From: Thermoanaerobaculia bacterium
Lineage (GTDB): Bacteria > Acidobacteriota > Thermoanaerobaculia > UBA5066
Length of the DNA: 64,000 bases
NCBI GenBank assembly: GCA_963719225.1
Contig: CAVRAY010000001.1
Location: forward strand, 2,112,001 to 2,176,000
Direction: 5' to 3'
Below the pieces are notes generated by a model that saw only the letters and a list, made by a program, of their open reading frames with translations, ran no database searches and was not told the DNA's origin. How positions within the stretch are numbered: the stretch's first letter is position 1; each line of letters starts with the position of its first letter. Below, piece by piece: positions 23,413 to 31,753 of the stretch. A program made the position numbers and the translations under genes.

Positions 23413-23430
23413 GATCAAGGAGGAAGTCTC

Positions 23431-23736
23431 ATGGTCACGTTCGAATATCGGTTCGATGTTCTCCCGGGAAAGCTGAAGGAGTACGAAAAGTACGTCAAGG
23501 GTCCCGGCAAGGACGTCTGGCTGAAGTTCAAGGGCGTCAGGAGCGTTCGCGTCTACAAGAGCATGCTGGGAGGATCGTCTCCCCAGCGGCTCGTCCAGGT
23601 CGACCTCGAGAGCCTCGCGGCGCTCGAGAACATCCTCACGGACTCGACCTTCCGCAAGCTCAAGCAGACGTTCCACGGCCTCGTCACGCACGTCAGCGAC
23701 TCCCTGCTCACGCAGGTGAGCGACAAGAAGAGGTAG
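23431..23736 (+). CDS. Small hypothetical protein (dimeric alpha+beta barrel/NIPSNAP-like)
   Basis: Strong AAGGAGG Shine-Dalgarno; FDVLPGKLKEYEKY pattern. Confidence 0.7.
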   Translation: MVTFEYRFDVLPGKLKEYEKYVKGPGKDVWLKFKGVRSVRVYKSMLGGSSPQRLVQVDLESLAALENILTDSTFRKLKQTFHGLVTHVSDSLLTQVSDKKR

Positions 23737-23740
23737 GGGC

Positions 23741-24253
23741 CTAGCGGGACGCGACTCGTTTCGGGGCGTCCGCGCGGCGCGGCCGGCGCCCGCCGGAAGA
23801 GAGTGCCTTGATGACGGCGCCCCAGTTGTCGAACCACGTCTCGAAAGCGGTGCGCAGCTGCGCTCTCCCCTGCTCGTCGGCCGCAGTGCGCAGCGCTTCC
23901 ACGACGGCGGCGGTGGACGGGCGAAGGCGGCGCTCTCCGGAGGCCGTCAGCTTCACGTAGACGAAGCGGTGATCCTTCCGGGAGCGCGTCGTGCGGACGA
24001 GGCCGGCGCGCTCCATTCGCCTGACGAGAGCGGAAGTCGTGTTCATCGTGGAAAAGGTCTCGCGCGCCAGATCGCCGATCGTCAGGGGGTCGTCCGAGGG
24101 GTTGCCCGCGAGCGTCAGGAGGGCGAACTGCTGGGCGGGAGTGAGGCCTCCGTTCGTCGGCTCGATCGTGATCGTTCTCCTCACCGACTCGAAGAAACGC
24201 CTGAGGTGCGCCATGGTCCGGTAGGTGTCCCTCAGACTGTGGCGCTCGACCAT
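23741..24253 (-). CDS. MarR family transcriptional regulator
   Basis: GLTPAQQFALL..TIGDLA..LVRRMERAGLV.....KDHR...VKLTASG; divergent from the U32 operon. Confidence 0.85.
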   Translation of the reverse strand: MVERHSLRDTYRTMAHLRRFFESVRRTITIEPTNGGLTPAQQFALLTLAGNPSDDPLTIGDLARETFSTMNTTSALVRRMERAGLVRTTRSRKDHRFVYVKLTASGERRLRPSTAAVVEALRTAADEQGRAQLRTAFETWFDNWGAVIKALSSGGRRPRRADAPKRVASR

Positions 24254-24372
24254 CGCCTGCGATTATAGGGAACGGCCGGCGCCGAGAATCCGCTTGAGAC
24301 GGGGTGCGATCGCAGCCTACAATCACTCGACGCGATGAATAGTCGACGGCACGTAGTATCTGGGTCGCGCTG

Positions 24373-25317
24373 ATGTCGGGGCCGATCCTCCTCGCTCCCG
24401 CTGGAAGTCCGGAGGCCGTCCGAGCCGCGCTCGGCGCCGGAGCGGACGCCGTCTACGTGGGCCTCGAGGGCTGGAGCCGGGGCGGGGCGCGCAGGGAACT
24501 CTCGTGGGACGAGCTCGTGGCGGCGCAGCGCGACGTCGAGTCCGCCGGCCGGACCCTGCAGGTGGCCCTGAACACGATCCCGAAGCCGGACGAGCTCGGG
24601 CGACTTTTCGCGCGCGTCCCGGCGCTGGTGGAGCTGGGGATCCGGGACGTCATCGTGAACGACATCGGAATCCTGTTCGCGCTCAAGCAGCGCTTCGAAG
24701 ACCTCCGGCTGACCGCCAGTATCGGCTGCGGCGCCCAGACGGTCGCCGACGTCGCATTCCTGAGAGACCTGGGCGCGCACGGCGTCGTCCTGCCGGGCAC
24801 GGTGAGTCCCGAGGAGATGCGCGAGATCAGGACGGTCCGGGGGATCTGCGTCGAGATCATGATTCACATGGTCGAGGAGTTCATCCTCCTCGGAAAGTGC
24901 TGGATGCCCAGCTACGTCCATCTCAAGCCGACCTCTGTTCCGGCGCCGTCCGAGACAGCCGTGGGCGAGCCGCCGGAAAGCGCCCTTCGCGGGCCGCGCC
25001 AGACCGGCAGCGTGAAGCGTGGAGGAGTCGGGGCCTGTTTCCGGATCTGCCAGCAGCCCTGGGATCTCTACGACTCCGGCCGGCGCGTCGAGGCGCGGCT
25101 GTTCCCGAGCCGGCAGATCAGCCGGATTCCGGACGTCGAGGCGTACGCCGACGCGGGCGTCGACGTCCTGAAGCTGCAGGGGCGAAGTCTTCCGGTGGAA
25201 ATGCTGGCGCCGCTCGTTCGCCGCTACCGCGACGCCATCGACGCCGGATCGATCTCGCACCCGTTCGAGCCGCCGCCCGCGACCTTGCCGGCGGCGTGGG
25301 CCGTCGTCGGGCGATGA
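24373..25317 (+). CDS. Peptidase U32 family Fe-S protein, copy A
   Basis: LLAPAGS, GADAVYVG, LKLQGR; E-x6-C...C-x3-C. Confidence 0.88.
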   Translation: MSGPILLAPAGSPEAVRAALGAGADAVYVGLEGWSRGGARRELSWDELVAAQRDVESAGRTLQVALNTIPKPDELGRLFARVPALVELGIRDVIVNDIGILFALKQRFEDLRLTASIGCGAQTVADVAFLRDLGAHGVVLPGTVSPEEMREIRTVRGICVEIMIHMVEEFILLGKCWMPSYVHLKPTSVPAPSETAVGEPPESALRGPRQTGSVKRGGVGACFRICQQPWDLYDSGRRVEARLFPSRQISRIPDVEAYADAGVDVLKLQGRSLPVEMLAPLVRRYRDAIDAGSISHPFEPPPATLPAAWAVVGR

Positions 25318-25351
25318 GAATCAGGATGGAGATCGGACGACCAATGGGGCG

Positions 25352-26311
25352 GTGCTCATGAACGGGTTCGAGCTGAACACGACGATTGCAAACCTCAAGG
25401 ACCTTCGGGCCTCGGACCTGAGTGCCTACGACGCGGTGTATCTCGGCGACATCTACTGCCGGCTCTACGAGTCCAACTTCCTCGAGCAGCTCGGCGACCT
25501 CAAGGAGGGGCTCCACATCCTTCGCGAACAGGGGAAGCGGGCATTCGTGACGACGTATGCGGCGCCGCGGAACGACTTCCTGCCGAAGGTCGGGAAGATG
25601 CTGGAAGCTTCCGCCGCCGCGGGGGCCGAGGCGGTGGAGGTCCACAACCTCGGCATCCTGAAGATCGCCCACGAGAATTTTCCGGAGCTGCCGGTGCACG
25701 TCGGCGGGTTCGCGAACATCTACACCGCGTCGGGCGCCGACGTCCTGCGCGGGTTCGGAGCGGTGCGCTTCACGCCGAACTACGAATTGAGCCTGGACGA
25801 GATCAACGAGATCACGGCGACCTGCGGAGCTCCTCTGGAGCTCCTCGTGCACGGAAAGATGCCGCTCGGCGTCTCGGACTACTGCTTCCTCCTGGATTAC
25901 GAGGAGAAGTGGGGCGTCAAGTGCCCCGATCTGTGCCAGAAGGACCTCTTCCTGAAGCAGGGCGACTGGGCGATGAAGTCCCTGGGCAAGGGCATCCTGA
26001 GCGGCAAGGACGTTTGCATGCTCGAGCACTTGCCGCGGCTGATCTCCGAGGGGCACCGGTTCTTCCGCATCGAAGCCCTCTCGGAGACTCCGGACTACCG
26101 CCGCGACGTCGCGGCGGTGTATCGGGCGGCCCTGGAGCGCGCGATCGCCGGCGAGAGCGACGTGGAAGAGGGATCGTGGGCGACGCTCCGGCGCCACGCC
26201 CACGTCGGTCTCTGCAACGGGTTCTACTTCGGCAGGAGCGGAATGGACTACTCGGGGATACGGCCGGAAGCGCTCGGATCTCTTCCGACCATTTCGCGCG
26301 CGGAGTCATAG
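25352..26311 (+). CDS. Peptidase U32 family Fe-S protein, copy B (UbiV-like)
   Basis: VYLGDIYC, ELSLDEI, HGKMPLGVSDYCF, CPDLC, CNGFYFG. Confidence 0.85.
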   Translation: MLMNGFELNTTIANLKDLRASDLSAYDAVYLGDIYCRLYESNFLEQLGDLKEGLHILREQGKRAFVTTYAAPRNDFLPKVGKMLEASAAAGAEAVEVHNLGILKIAHENFPELPVHVGGFANIYTASGADVLRGFGAVRFTPNYELSLDEINEITATCGAPLELLVHGKMPLGVSDYCFLLDYEEKWGVKCPDLCQKDLFLKQGDWAMKSLGKGILSGKDVCMLEHLPRLISEGHRFFRIEALSETPDYRRDVAAVYRAALERAIAGESDVEEGSWATLRRHAHVGLCNGFYFGRSGMDYSGIRPEALGSLPTISRAES

Positions 26312-26331
26312 GCAGGTCAAGGAGGAAGGTC

Positions 26332-27300
26332 ATGGTCGAGCTTCTGGCGCCGGCAGGCAATCTCCCGATGGTCGAAGGAGCCGTCGCGAACGGCGCCAAC
26401 GCCATTTACGTGGGTCCGCGCGGCTGGAGCCGGCGGCGCGACAAATACGAGATGTCCGACGAGGACGTCCGCGCCGCCATCGGCATCGCCCACGCGGGCG
26501 GCGCCAAGCTGCGCGTGGCCTTCAACACGAACATGCAGTCCCACGAGATCGCCCCCATGCTGGAGAAGATGGAGCGTTTCGTGTCCTGGCGCGTGGACGG
26601 AGCGATCATGACCGACATCGGCGCCATCGCCGAGGTCCACCGGAAGTTTCCGCACCTCACGATCCACGCCTCGATCGGAGCGAACATCCTCAACAACGAG
26701 GACGTGAGGTTCTACCGGTCGATCGGCGTTTCCCAGGTGGTCGCCGACACGAAACTGACTCTCCGGGAGCTCGCCTCGCGAAAGGAGAAGATCGACGTCG
26801 GGATCGAAATCCTGATCCACGCGAACAAGTGCTACACGTACCTCGGGAAATGCTGGATGTCTCCCTATCACCGCCTCGAACGCACGACGGACACCTTCGG
26901 GAAGGACCTCTTCAAGGGAAGCCCGAACCGCGGCGGTCTCGATTACCGGGTCTGCCTGGAGTCGTGGGAGCTCTATTCCGGCGACGAGAAATGGGAGGAC
27001 AGCGTGGCGCTGAAGAACGACGCGTTCTTCCTCCTGGAAGACATCCCGCATCTGATCAAGCTCGGCGTCGAGTGCCTGAAGGTGCAGGGACGCGAATACC
27101 CCGTGCCGCTCGTCGAAGGGATGGTGCGCTTCTACAGAGATCTGATCGACGCGTGCCTCGCTTCGGATTCGATCGAAACCTTCGACCTCGCGCCCTGGCG
27201 GACCCGGCTCGCCTCCATCCAGCTGGAGAGGGACACGGCCCGGTCCGACGGAACCCGGCAGCTGCTTCTCGAAGCGCGCCTGCCCCTGCCCGCGCTCTGA
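26332..27300 (+). CDS. Peptidase U32 family Fe-S protein, copy C
   Basis: ATG 26332 after AAGGAGGA; ELLAPAGN, GANAIYVG, HASIGAN, C-x6-C...NRGGLD-x3-C, LKVQGR. Confidence 0.88.
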   Translation: MVELLAPAGNLPMVEGAVANGANAIYVGPRGWSRRRDKYEMSDEDVRAAIGIAHAGGAKLRVAFNTNMQSHEIAPMLEKMERFVSWRVDGAIMTDIGAIAEVHRKFPHLTIHASIGANILNNEDVRFYRSIGVSQVVADTKLTLRELASRKEKIDVGIEILIHANKCYTYLGKCWMSPYHRLERTTDTFGKDLFKGSPNRGGLDYRVCLESWELYSGDEKWEDSVALKNDAFFLLEDIPHLIKLGVECLKVQGREYPVPLVEGMVRFYRDLIDACLASDSIETFDLAPWRTRLASIQLERDTARSDGTRQLLLEARLPLPAL

Positions 27301-27385
27301 GCACCGGCGCGGTCCGACCGTGAAGGTCCCGCGCTCCCTCGCGGTCGCGTCTTTCGTGGCGTCGGGAGCGGCCCGCCGCTCGCCT

Positions 27386-28525
27386 CTACTTCTGGAACCA
27401 GTATTGACGCGTCAAGTCCAGGAGTCGCTCGGCCACCTGCCGGTTGCGATGCGAGATCTCGTAACGGTTCGGAATGTCGGCATGGGACGGATCCGGATCG
27501 TGGAGAGTGCGCGGGAGCTCGTCCTGAGAAATGTGGCTCCACCTCCCGCGCCAGGCCTCCGGAAGGTCCCGCGCCACGGGCAGTTCGTGCAGCACGAGAT
27601 GAAGAATGGCCCACACGCGCGGCGTCGCGCGGACGGAGTACCCGCCTCCCAGCGTGAACAGGACCCGGCCCTCGGTGAACTCGTCCGCCCAGCCCAGGAT
27701 TCGCCGGAAGATGGCCTCGTAGTCGCGGGTCGTCAGCATGAGATCCGAGAGCGGATCGTCGAAATGCGCGTCCGCGCCGGCCTGGACCACGAGGACGTCG
27801 GGGCGAAAGTGCCGCAGGGCAGGCGGGATCACCTGCTCAAAAACCTCCAGGTAGCTTCCGCCTTCGGTGAACGGCTCCAGCGGCAGGTTGAGCTTCAGGC
27901 CCCGGCCCGCTCCCGAGCCGAGCTCGCGGATCTCTCCGGTTCCCGGGAACAGGTACTTGCCCGATTCGTGAAGGCTCACGGTCAGGACGCGCGGATCTTC
28001 GTAGAGGATCTCCTGGACGCCGTCGGCGTGATGGACGTCGACGTCGAGATAGGCGACTTTCAGCCCGCTTCGGGTGAGAAAGGTGATCGCGATCGCGAGA
28101 TCGTTGTAGATGCAGAAGCCCGAGGCGAACCTGCGGCGAGCGTGATGAAGGCCTCCGCCGAGCTGGAGGACGCGCTTCTCCCTCCCCTCCGAGAGCAGCC
28201 GCGCGCCGTGCAACGTACCTCCGACGAGCCACCGGGCCGCCTCGTCCATTCCAAGGAACGAGGGAGTGTCCTGCGTTCCGAGACCGTACTCCTGACCGTC
28301 GGGAACCGGTGCACCCGCGCTCAGGCTTTCCACCCGATCGACGTAAGCGGCCTCGTGCACGCCGAGGAGGTCCTCCCGCGTCGCCGGCTTCGGTTCGACC
28401 GTCTCGACGCGGTGTCCGAGCGCGCTGACGAGGTCGAGCATCATGTCGGTGCGGATCGGGCTGAAGGGATGCTCGTCGCCGAAGGAGTACTTCCGGTATG
28501 CCGAAGCGTAGATCACCGAGGGCAC
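27386..28525 (-). CDS. acuC: AcuC-type Zn-dependent protein deacetylase
   Basis: HPFSPIR, GGGLHHA, GFCIYND, DVDVHHADG, GADAH, GGGY; start is GTG 28525 or 28516. Confidence 0.9.
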   Translation of the reverse strand: MPSVIYASAYRKYSFGDEHPFSPIRTDMMLDLVSALGHRVETVEPKPATREDLLGVHEAAYVDRVESLSAGAPVPDGQEYGLGTQDTPSFLGMDEAARWLVGGTLHGARLLSEGREKRVLQLGGGLHHARRRFASGFCIYNDLAIAITFLTRSGLKVAYLDVDVHHADGVQEILYEDPRVLTVSLHESGKYLFPGTGEIRELGSGAGRGLKLNLPLEPFTEGGSYLEVFEQVIPPALRHFRPDVLVVQAGADAHFDDPLSDLMLTTRDYEAIFRRILGWADEFTEGRVLFTLGGGYSVRATPRVWAILHLVLHELPVARDLPEAWRGRWSHISQDELPRTLHDPDPSHADIPNRYEISHRNRQVAERLLDLTRQYWFQK

Positions 28526-29142
28526 GGCTTCTCCGGCGGCCAGAGGACCTCGAAACCGGCACGGCGCAGTTCTTCGGCGAGCAGCCTCGTCTCGATCGAG
28601 CCGACACGCAGGACGGTTCGGACCGAATCGGGCCCGTCGGGATAGGTCAGGATCGAATGGACGTTCAGGTGCCGGTGGCTGACGAAGGCCGTGAGCCGCG
28701 CGAGCTCGCCGGGATGGTCGGGAAGCCGCACTTCCAGGCGGCCGGAGGGCTTGTGCACACCCGTGAGGCGCATCAGCGCGTCCAGGAGATCGAGTCCCGT
28801 GACGATCCCGATCAGCTTCCCGTCCTCCAGCACCGGCAGGCACCCGATCTTCCTCTCCCGCATCGTGCGCGCCGCGTCCTCGACGGGATCCGAGGGGTCG
28901 GCGGTCAGCGGTGCCGTCGACATGACCGCCGAGACGCGGCTGTCGGGTGAGAACGGCGACGGGACGAGCGCGCTCGTCGCGAGCCTCAGGTCGCGATCCG
29001 TGACCACCCCGACGAGGTTCTCACTCTCGACGACCGGCAGGTGCCGGATGCCTCTTTCGCGCATGGTCCGGTAGGCGTCCTGGAGCGTCGTGCTGGCCGG
29101 AATGGAAACGGCCGGGCTCCGCATGATGTCTCGAATCAACAT
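28513..29142 (-). CDS. acuB: AcuB-type CBS-CBS-ACT protein
   Basis: IRHLPVV..GVVTDRDL, KIGCLPV, ACT LPDHPGEL; overlaps acuC. Confidence 0.85.
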   Translation of the reverse strand: MLIRDIMRSPAVSIPASTTLQDAYRTMRERGIRHLPVVESENLVGVVTDRDLRLATSALVPSPFSPDSRVSAVMSTAPLTADPSDPVEDAARTMRERKIGCLPVLEDGKLIGIVTGLDLLDALMRLTGVHKPSGRLEVRLPDHPGELARLTAFVSHRHLNVHSILTYPDGPDSVRTVLRVGSIETRLLAEELRRAGFEVLWPPEKPCPR

Positions 29143-29174
29143 GACCCACCTCGAAATTCACGATTCCTCGAACG

Positions 29175-29810
29175 TCATTCCAGAAAATCAGAGAGGTCCG
29201 GGACGATGAAGCCCGCGTCCTTGAGAGACTTTTTCACCGCCGCGACGTCGATCGTCGAAAGCCGGACGAAGGCCACGAATCCCTCCCCCATGGGCGACAG
29301 GATCAGGCTCCGGATCTCGCTCTTCAGCTCCCCGAGCTTGCGCACGAGGTGCATGAGCGAGGCGACCTCACGGGGGAGCAGCACTTCGATTCTCACACCC
29401 GGTTCCTCGATCCTGAGGGTCTCGCAGAACGCCGCCAGGACGTCCGCCTTCGTGATGATCCCCACCAGCTTCTTCCCCTCCACGACCGGCAGGGCGCCGA
29501 GCCTCCGCTTGTGAAAGATCAGGAGAGCGTCCTCCACGGTATCCCAGGGACTGACCGTGATGACGTCGCGCGTCATGACCTCCTCCACGGTCTTGTTCTT
29601 CACGAGGATCTTGCCGAGCTGCGTAACGGTCGACGTCTCGAACGTCGAATTGCGTATGTCGGTACCCGAGACGAAGCCGACGAGCTCTCCACGCTCGACG
29701 ACGGGAAGCTGATGAATGCGGTTCTCGTGCAGGAGATTGCTCGCGAACTTCAATGTGTCTCCCCGCGAGACCGTGATCACGTTTCGTGTCATCCTTTTTC
29801 CAACGAACAT
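29175..29810 (-). CDS. AcuB-like CBS-CBS-ACT protein
   Basis: ATG 29810 (MFVGKRMTR); IHQLPVV, LGALPVV..GIITKADV, C-terminal ACT-like domain. Confidence 0.85.
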   Translation of the reverse strand: MFVGKRMTRNVITVSRGDTLKFASNLLHENRIHQLPVVERGELVGFVSGTDIRNSTFETSTVTQLGKILVKNKTVEEVMTRDVITVSPWDTVEDALLIFHKRRLGALPVVEGKKLVGIITKADVLAAFCETLRIEEPGVRIEVLLPREVASLMHLVRKLGELKSEIRSLILSPMGEGFVAFVRLSTIDVAAVKKSLKDAGFIVPDLSDFLE

Positions 29811-31681
29811 TCGCGACTCCTTCCCTGAAGCGTCTCCAGGTGGACGAGGGCCGACGAGGCAAGGGCGGGGCCGTCGTATCCCCCTTCCAGGACCGACACG
29901 ATCCGGCCCCCGCAATATCGATCCGCAAGCTCGCAGACTCTGCGCGTCATGTAGGCAAACGACCTCTCCGTGAGATCGAGGTCGGCGATCGGGTCCCTTT
30001 CGTGCGCGTCGAAGCCCGCGGAGACCATGATGAGGCCGGGCTCGAACCGCTCGATTTCCGGGACCACTTCCCTCTCGAAGATCTCCATCAGTTCCCCGTC
30101 CTTCGTGTGCGGCTTCAGCGGCAGGTTCAGGGTCAGCCCGGCGCCCGCCCCCGTCCCTCGCTCCATCCTCCGGCCCGTACCCGGAAAGCAGAACGTCGGG
30201 TGTTCGTGGAGGCTGCAGTAGTACGTCAGAGGGTCCCCTTCGAAAATCTCCTGCGTCCCGTTGCCGTGATGGACGTCCCAGTCCAGGATGAAGATCTTCT
30301 GCACGCCGTAGACCGCCCTCGCGTAGACCGCTCCCACCGCGACGTTGTTGATGAAACAGAACCCCATCGCGGAATCCCTTCCCGCGTGATGTCCGGGGGG
30401 CCTCACCGCGCAGAAGACGTTGTCGACCCTTCCGTTCAGGACGGCGTCGATCCCCGCCATGACTCCGCCGGCCGCCAGCAGCGCGACGTCGAAGCTGGCC
30501 GCGGAAATCGAGCAGTCGGCTGTGGAGAAGATCTTCTCGCCCTTCCGGACGCTTTCGCGAAATCTCGACAGGTACTCCGTCCGATGGATCCCTTCGAGAA
30601 ACTCGAGGTCGGGAACGTAGGGCGAAAGCGTCACGAGGCTCCTCTTCAGCCCTTCCTTCTCGATCGCCTTTGTGAGCGTGCGGAGCCGCGCGGGACTCTC
30701 GACGTGGCCGCTGCGCGTCCGATGCGAAAGGTAGTCACGCGACGTCACGTAACCCGTTCTCCGCGGGGTATTCGTGTAGATCGTCTTGTATCCCTCCCAG
30801 GGCGCAGAGCACAGGAGAAACGCCTTTCCGAGGGGCAGGGAGACCTCCTCGCCGAAACGGACGTCGGCTTTCGACGAATAGTTGCCCTCCGCGTCGCGGT
30901 AGACGGGAATCCGGAGCTCTCTCCGGAAACGGGCGAAATCATAGGCGTGGTTCAGGCGTCCGATCTCGACTTCGCGGACGGAAAGGCCCCGTTTCTCCAC
31001 GAGCGCCCTCAGCTCCGCTTTGCGCTTGCCGGCCTCGGACGCGTCCGAAAAATCGAAACCCTCCTGCGCCCAGTAATACCTCCCGACCGACAGGGCGGCG
31101 CTGAGCCGGAACTGGTGGAAGCCAAGATCGTGAAACAGCCGCTCGTAATGACGGAAGAGAGCCGACGCGTATCCCGACTTCTGGGCGGTCAGGTGAATGT
31201 GCTCGATGTAGACGACTCGCAGCCGTTCGCGCGAGAAGAAACCTCGTAACCCGATCGCCGGGTCCCGAAGCGATGCGAAGCTGAGCGTGAGCTCGCCGAC
31301 GCTCTCCGCTCCATGAAAGATCTCCGTGTCGTAGATGATCCGGTCCCTGCTGAAGAGGAGGAGCCTCTCGCGATGCTCGAACTCGTGGATCCTGGCAGAG
31401 AGCGCGTCCCACAGGCCGCGCGGCGAGATCGCGTTCTCGAAGAGGCGCGCCCACCGCCTGAGCAGCGCCGCCCGGGAAGGGACCTTCCGGATGAGGAATC
31501 GGCTTCCCTTTCCTTTTTTCTTGACGACCGCGGGATCGAACTCGCCGCCGTCCATGATCGCGGGGTCGCGGTCGGCGCCCAGGAGCGCCCCCTCCCGGAT
31601 CAGCTCCTCGAAGTCCTGGAGAATCTCCTGCTTCGTCACACGAACGGGCCGCGTCTCCGCACCCTTCTGGTCGCTGATCAC
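29789..31681 (-). CDS. Histone-deacetylase family protein fused to an N-terminal GNAT-like domain
   Basis: C-terminal RPPGHHA, GFCFINN, DWDVHHGNGTQ, SAGFDAH, LEGGY; N-terminal IHLTAQKSGYASAL..VGRYYWAQEGFDF. Confidence 0.8.
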   Translation of the reverse strand: MISDQKGAETRPVRVTKQEILQDFEELIREGALLGADRDPAIMDGGEFDPAVVKKKGKGSRFLIRKVPSRAALLRRWARLFENAISPRGLWDALSARIHEFEHRERLLLFSRDRIIYDTEIFHGAESVGELTLSFASLRDPAIGLRGFFSRERLRVVYIEHIHLTAQKSGYASALFRHYERLFHDLGFHQFRLSAALSVGRYYWAQEGFDFSDASEAGKRKAELRALVEKRGLSVREVEIGRLNHAYDFARFRRELRIPVYRDAEGNYSSKADVRFGEEVSLPLGKAFLLCSAPWEGYKTIYTNTPRRTGYVTSRDYLSHRTRSGHVESPARLRTLTKAIEKEGLKRSLVTLSPYVPDLEFLEGIHRTEYLSRFRESVRKGEKIFSTADCSISAASFDVALLAAGGVMAGIDAVLNGRVDNVFCAVRPPGHHAGRDSAMGFCFINNVAVGAVYARAVYGVQKIFILDWDVHHGNGTQEIFEGDPLTYYCSLHEHPTFCFPGTGRRMERGTGAGAGLTLNLPLKPHTKDGELMEIFEREVVPEIERFEPGLIMVSAGFDAHERDPIADLDLTERSFAYMTRRVCELADRYCGGRIVSVLEGGYDGPALASSALVHLETLQGRSRECSLEKG

Positions 31682-31753
31682 CGGGAGACGAGTCTAGCCG
31701 CTGGCGGCATCCCCACGGGATAGACTTCCCCGGTTACGATCTCGAGGAGCGAC

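Noticed and set aside
24373-27300. U32 genes as collagenases or a standard ubiUV locus
   Set aside because: The protease label is a legacy annotation; there is no ubiT/SCP2 or other ubi gene adjacent, and there are three copies with altered ligands.
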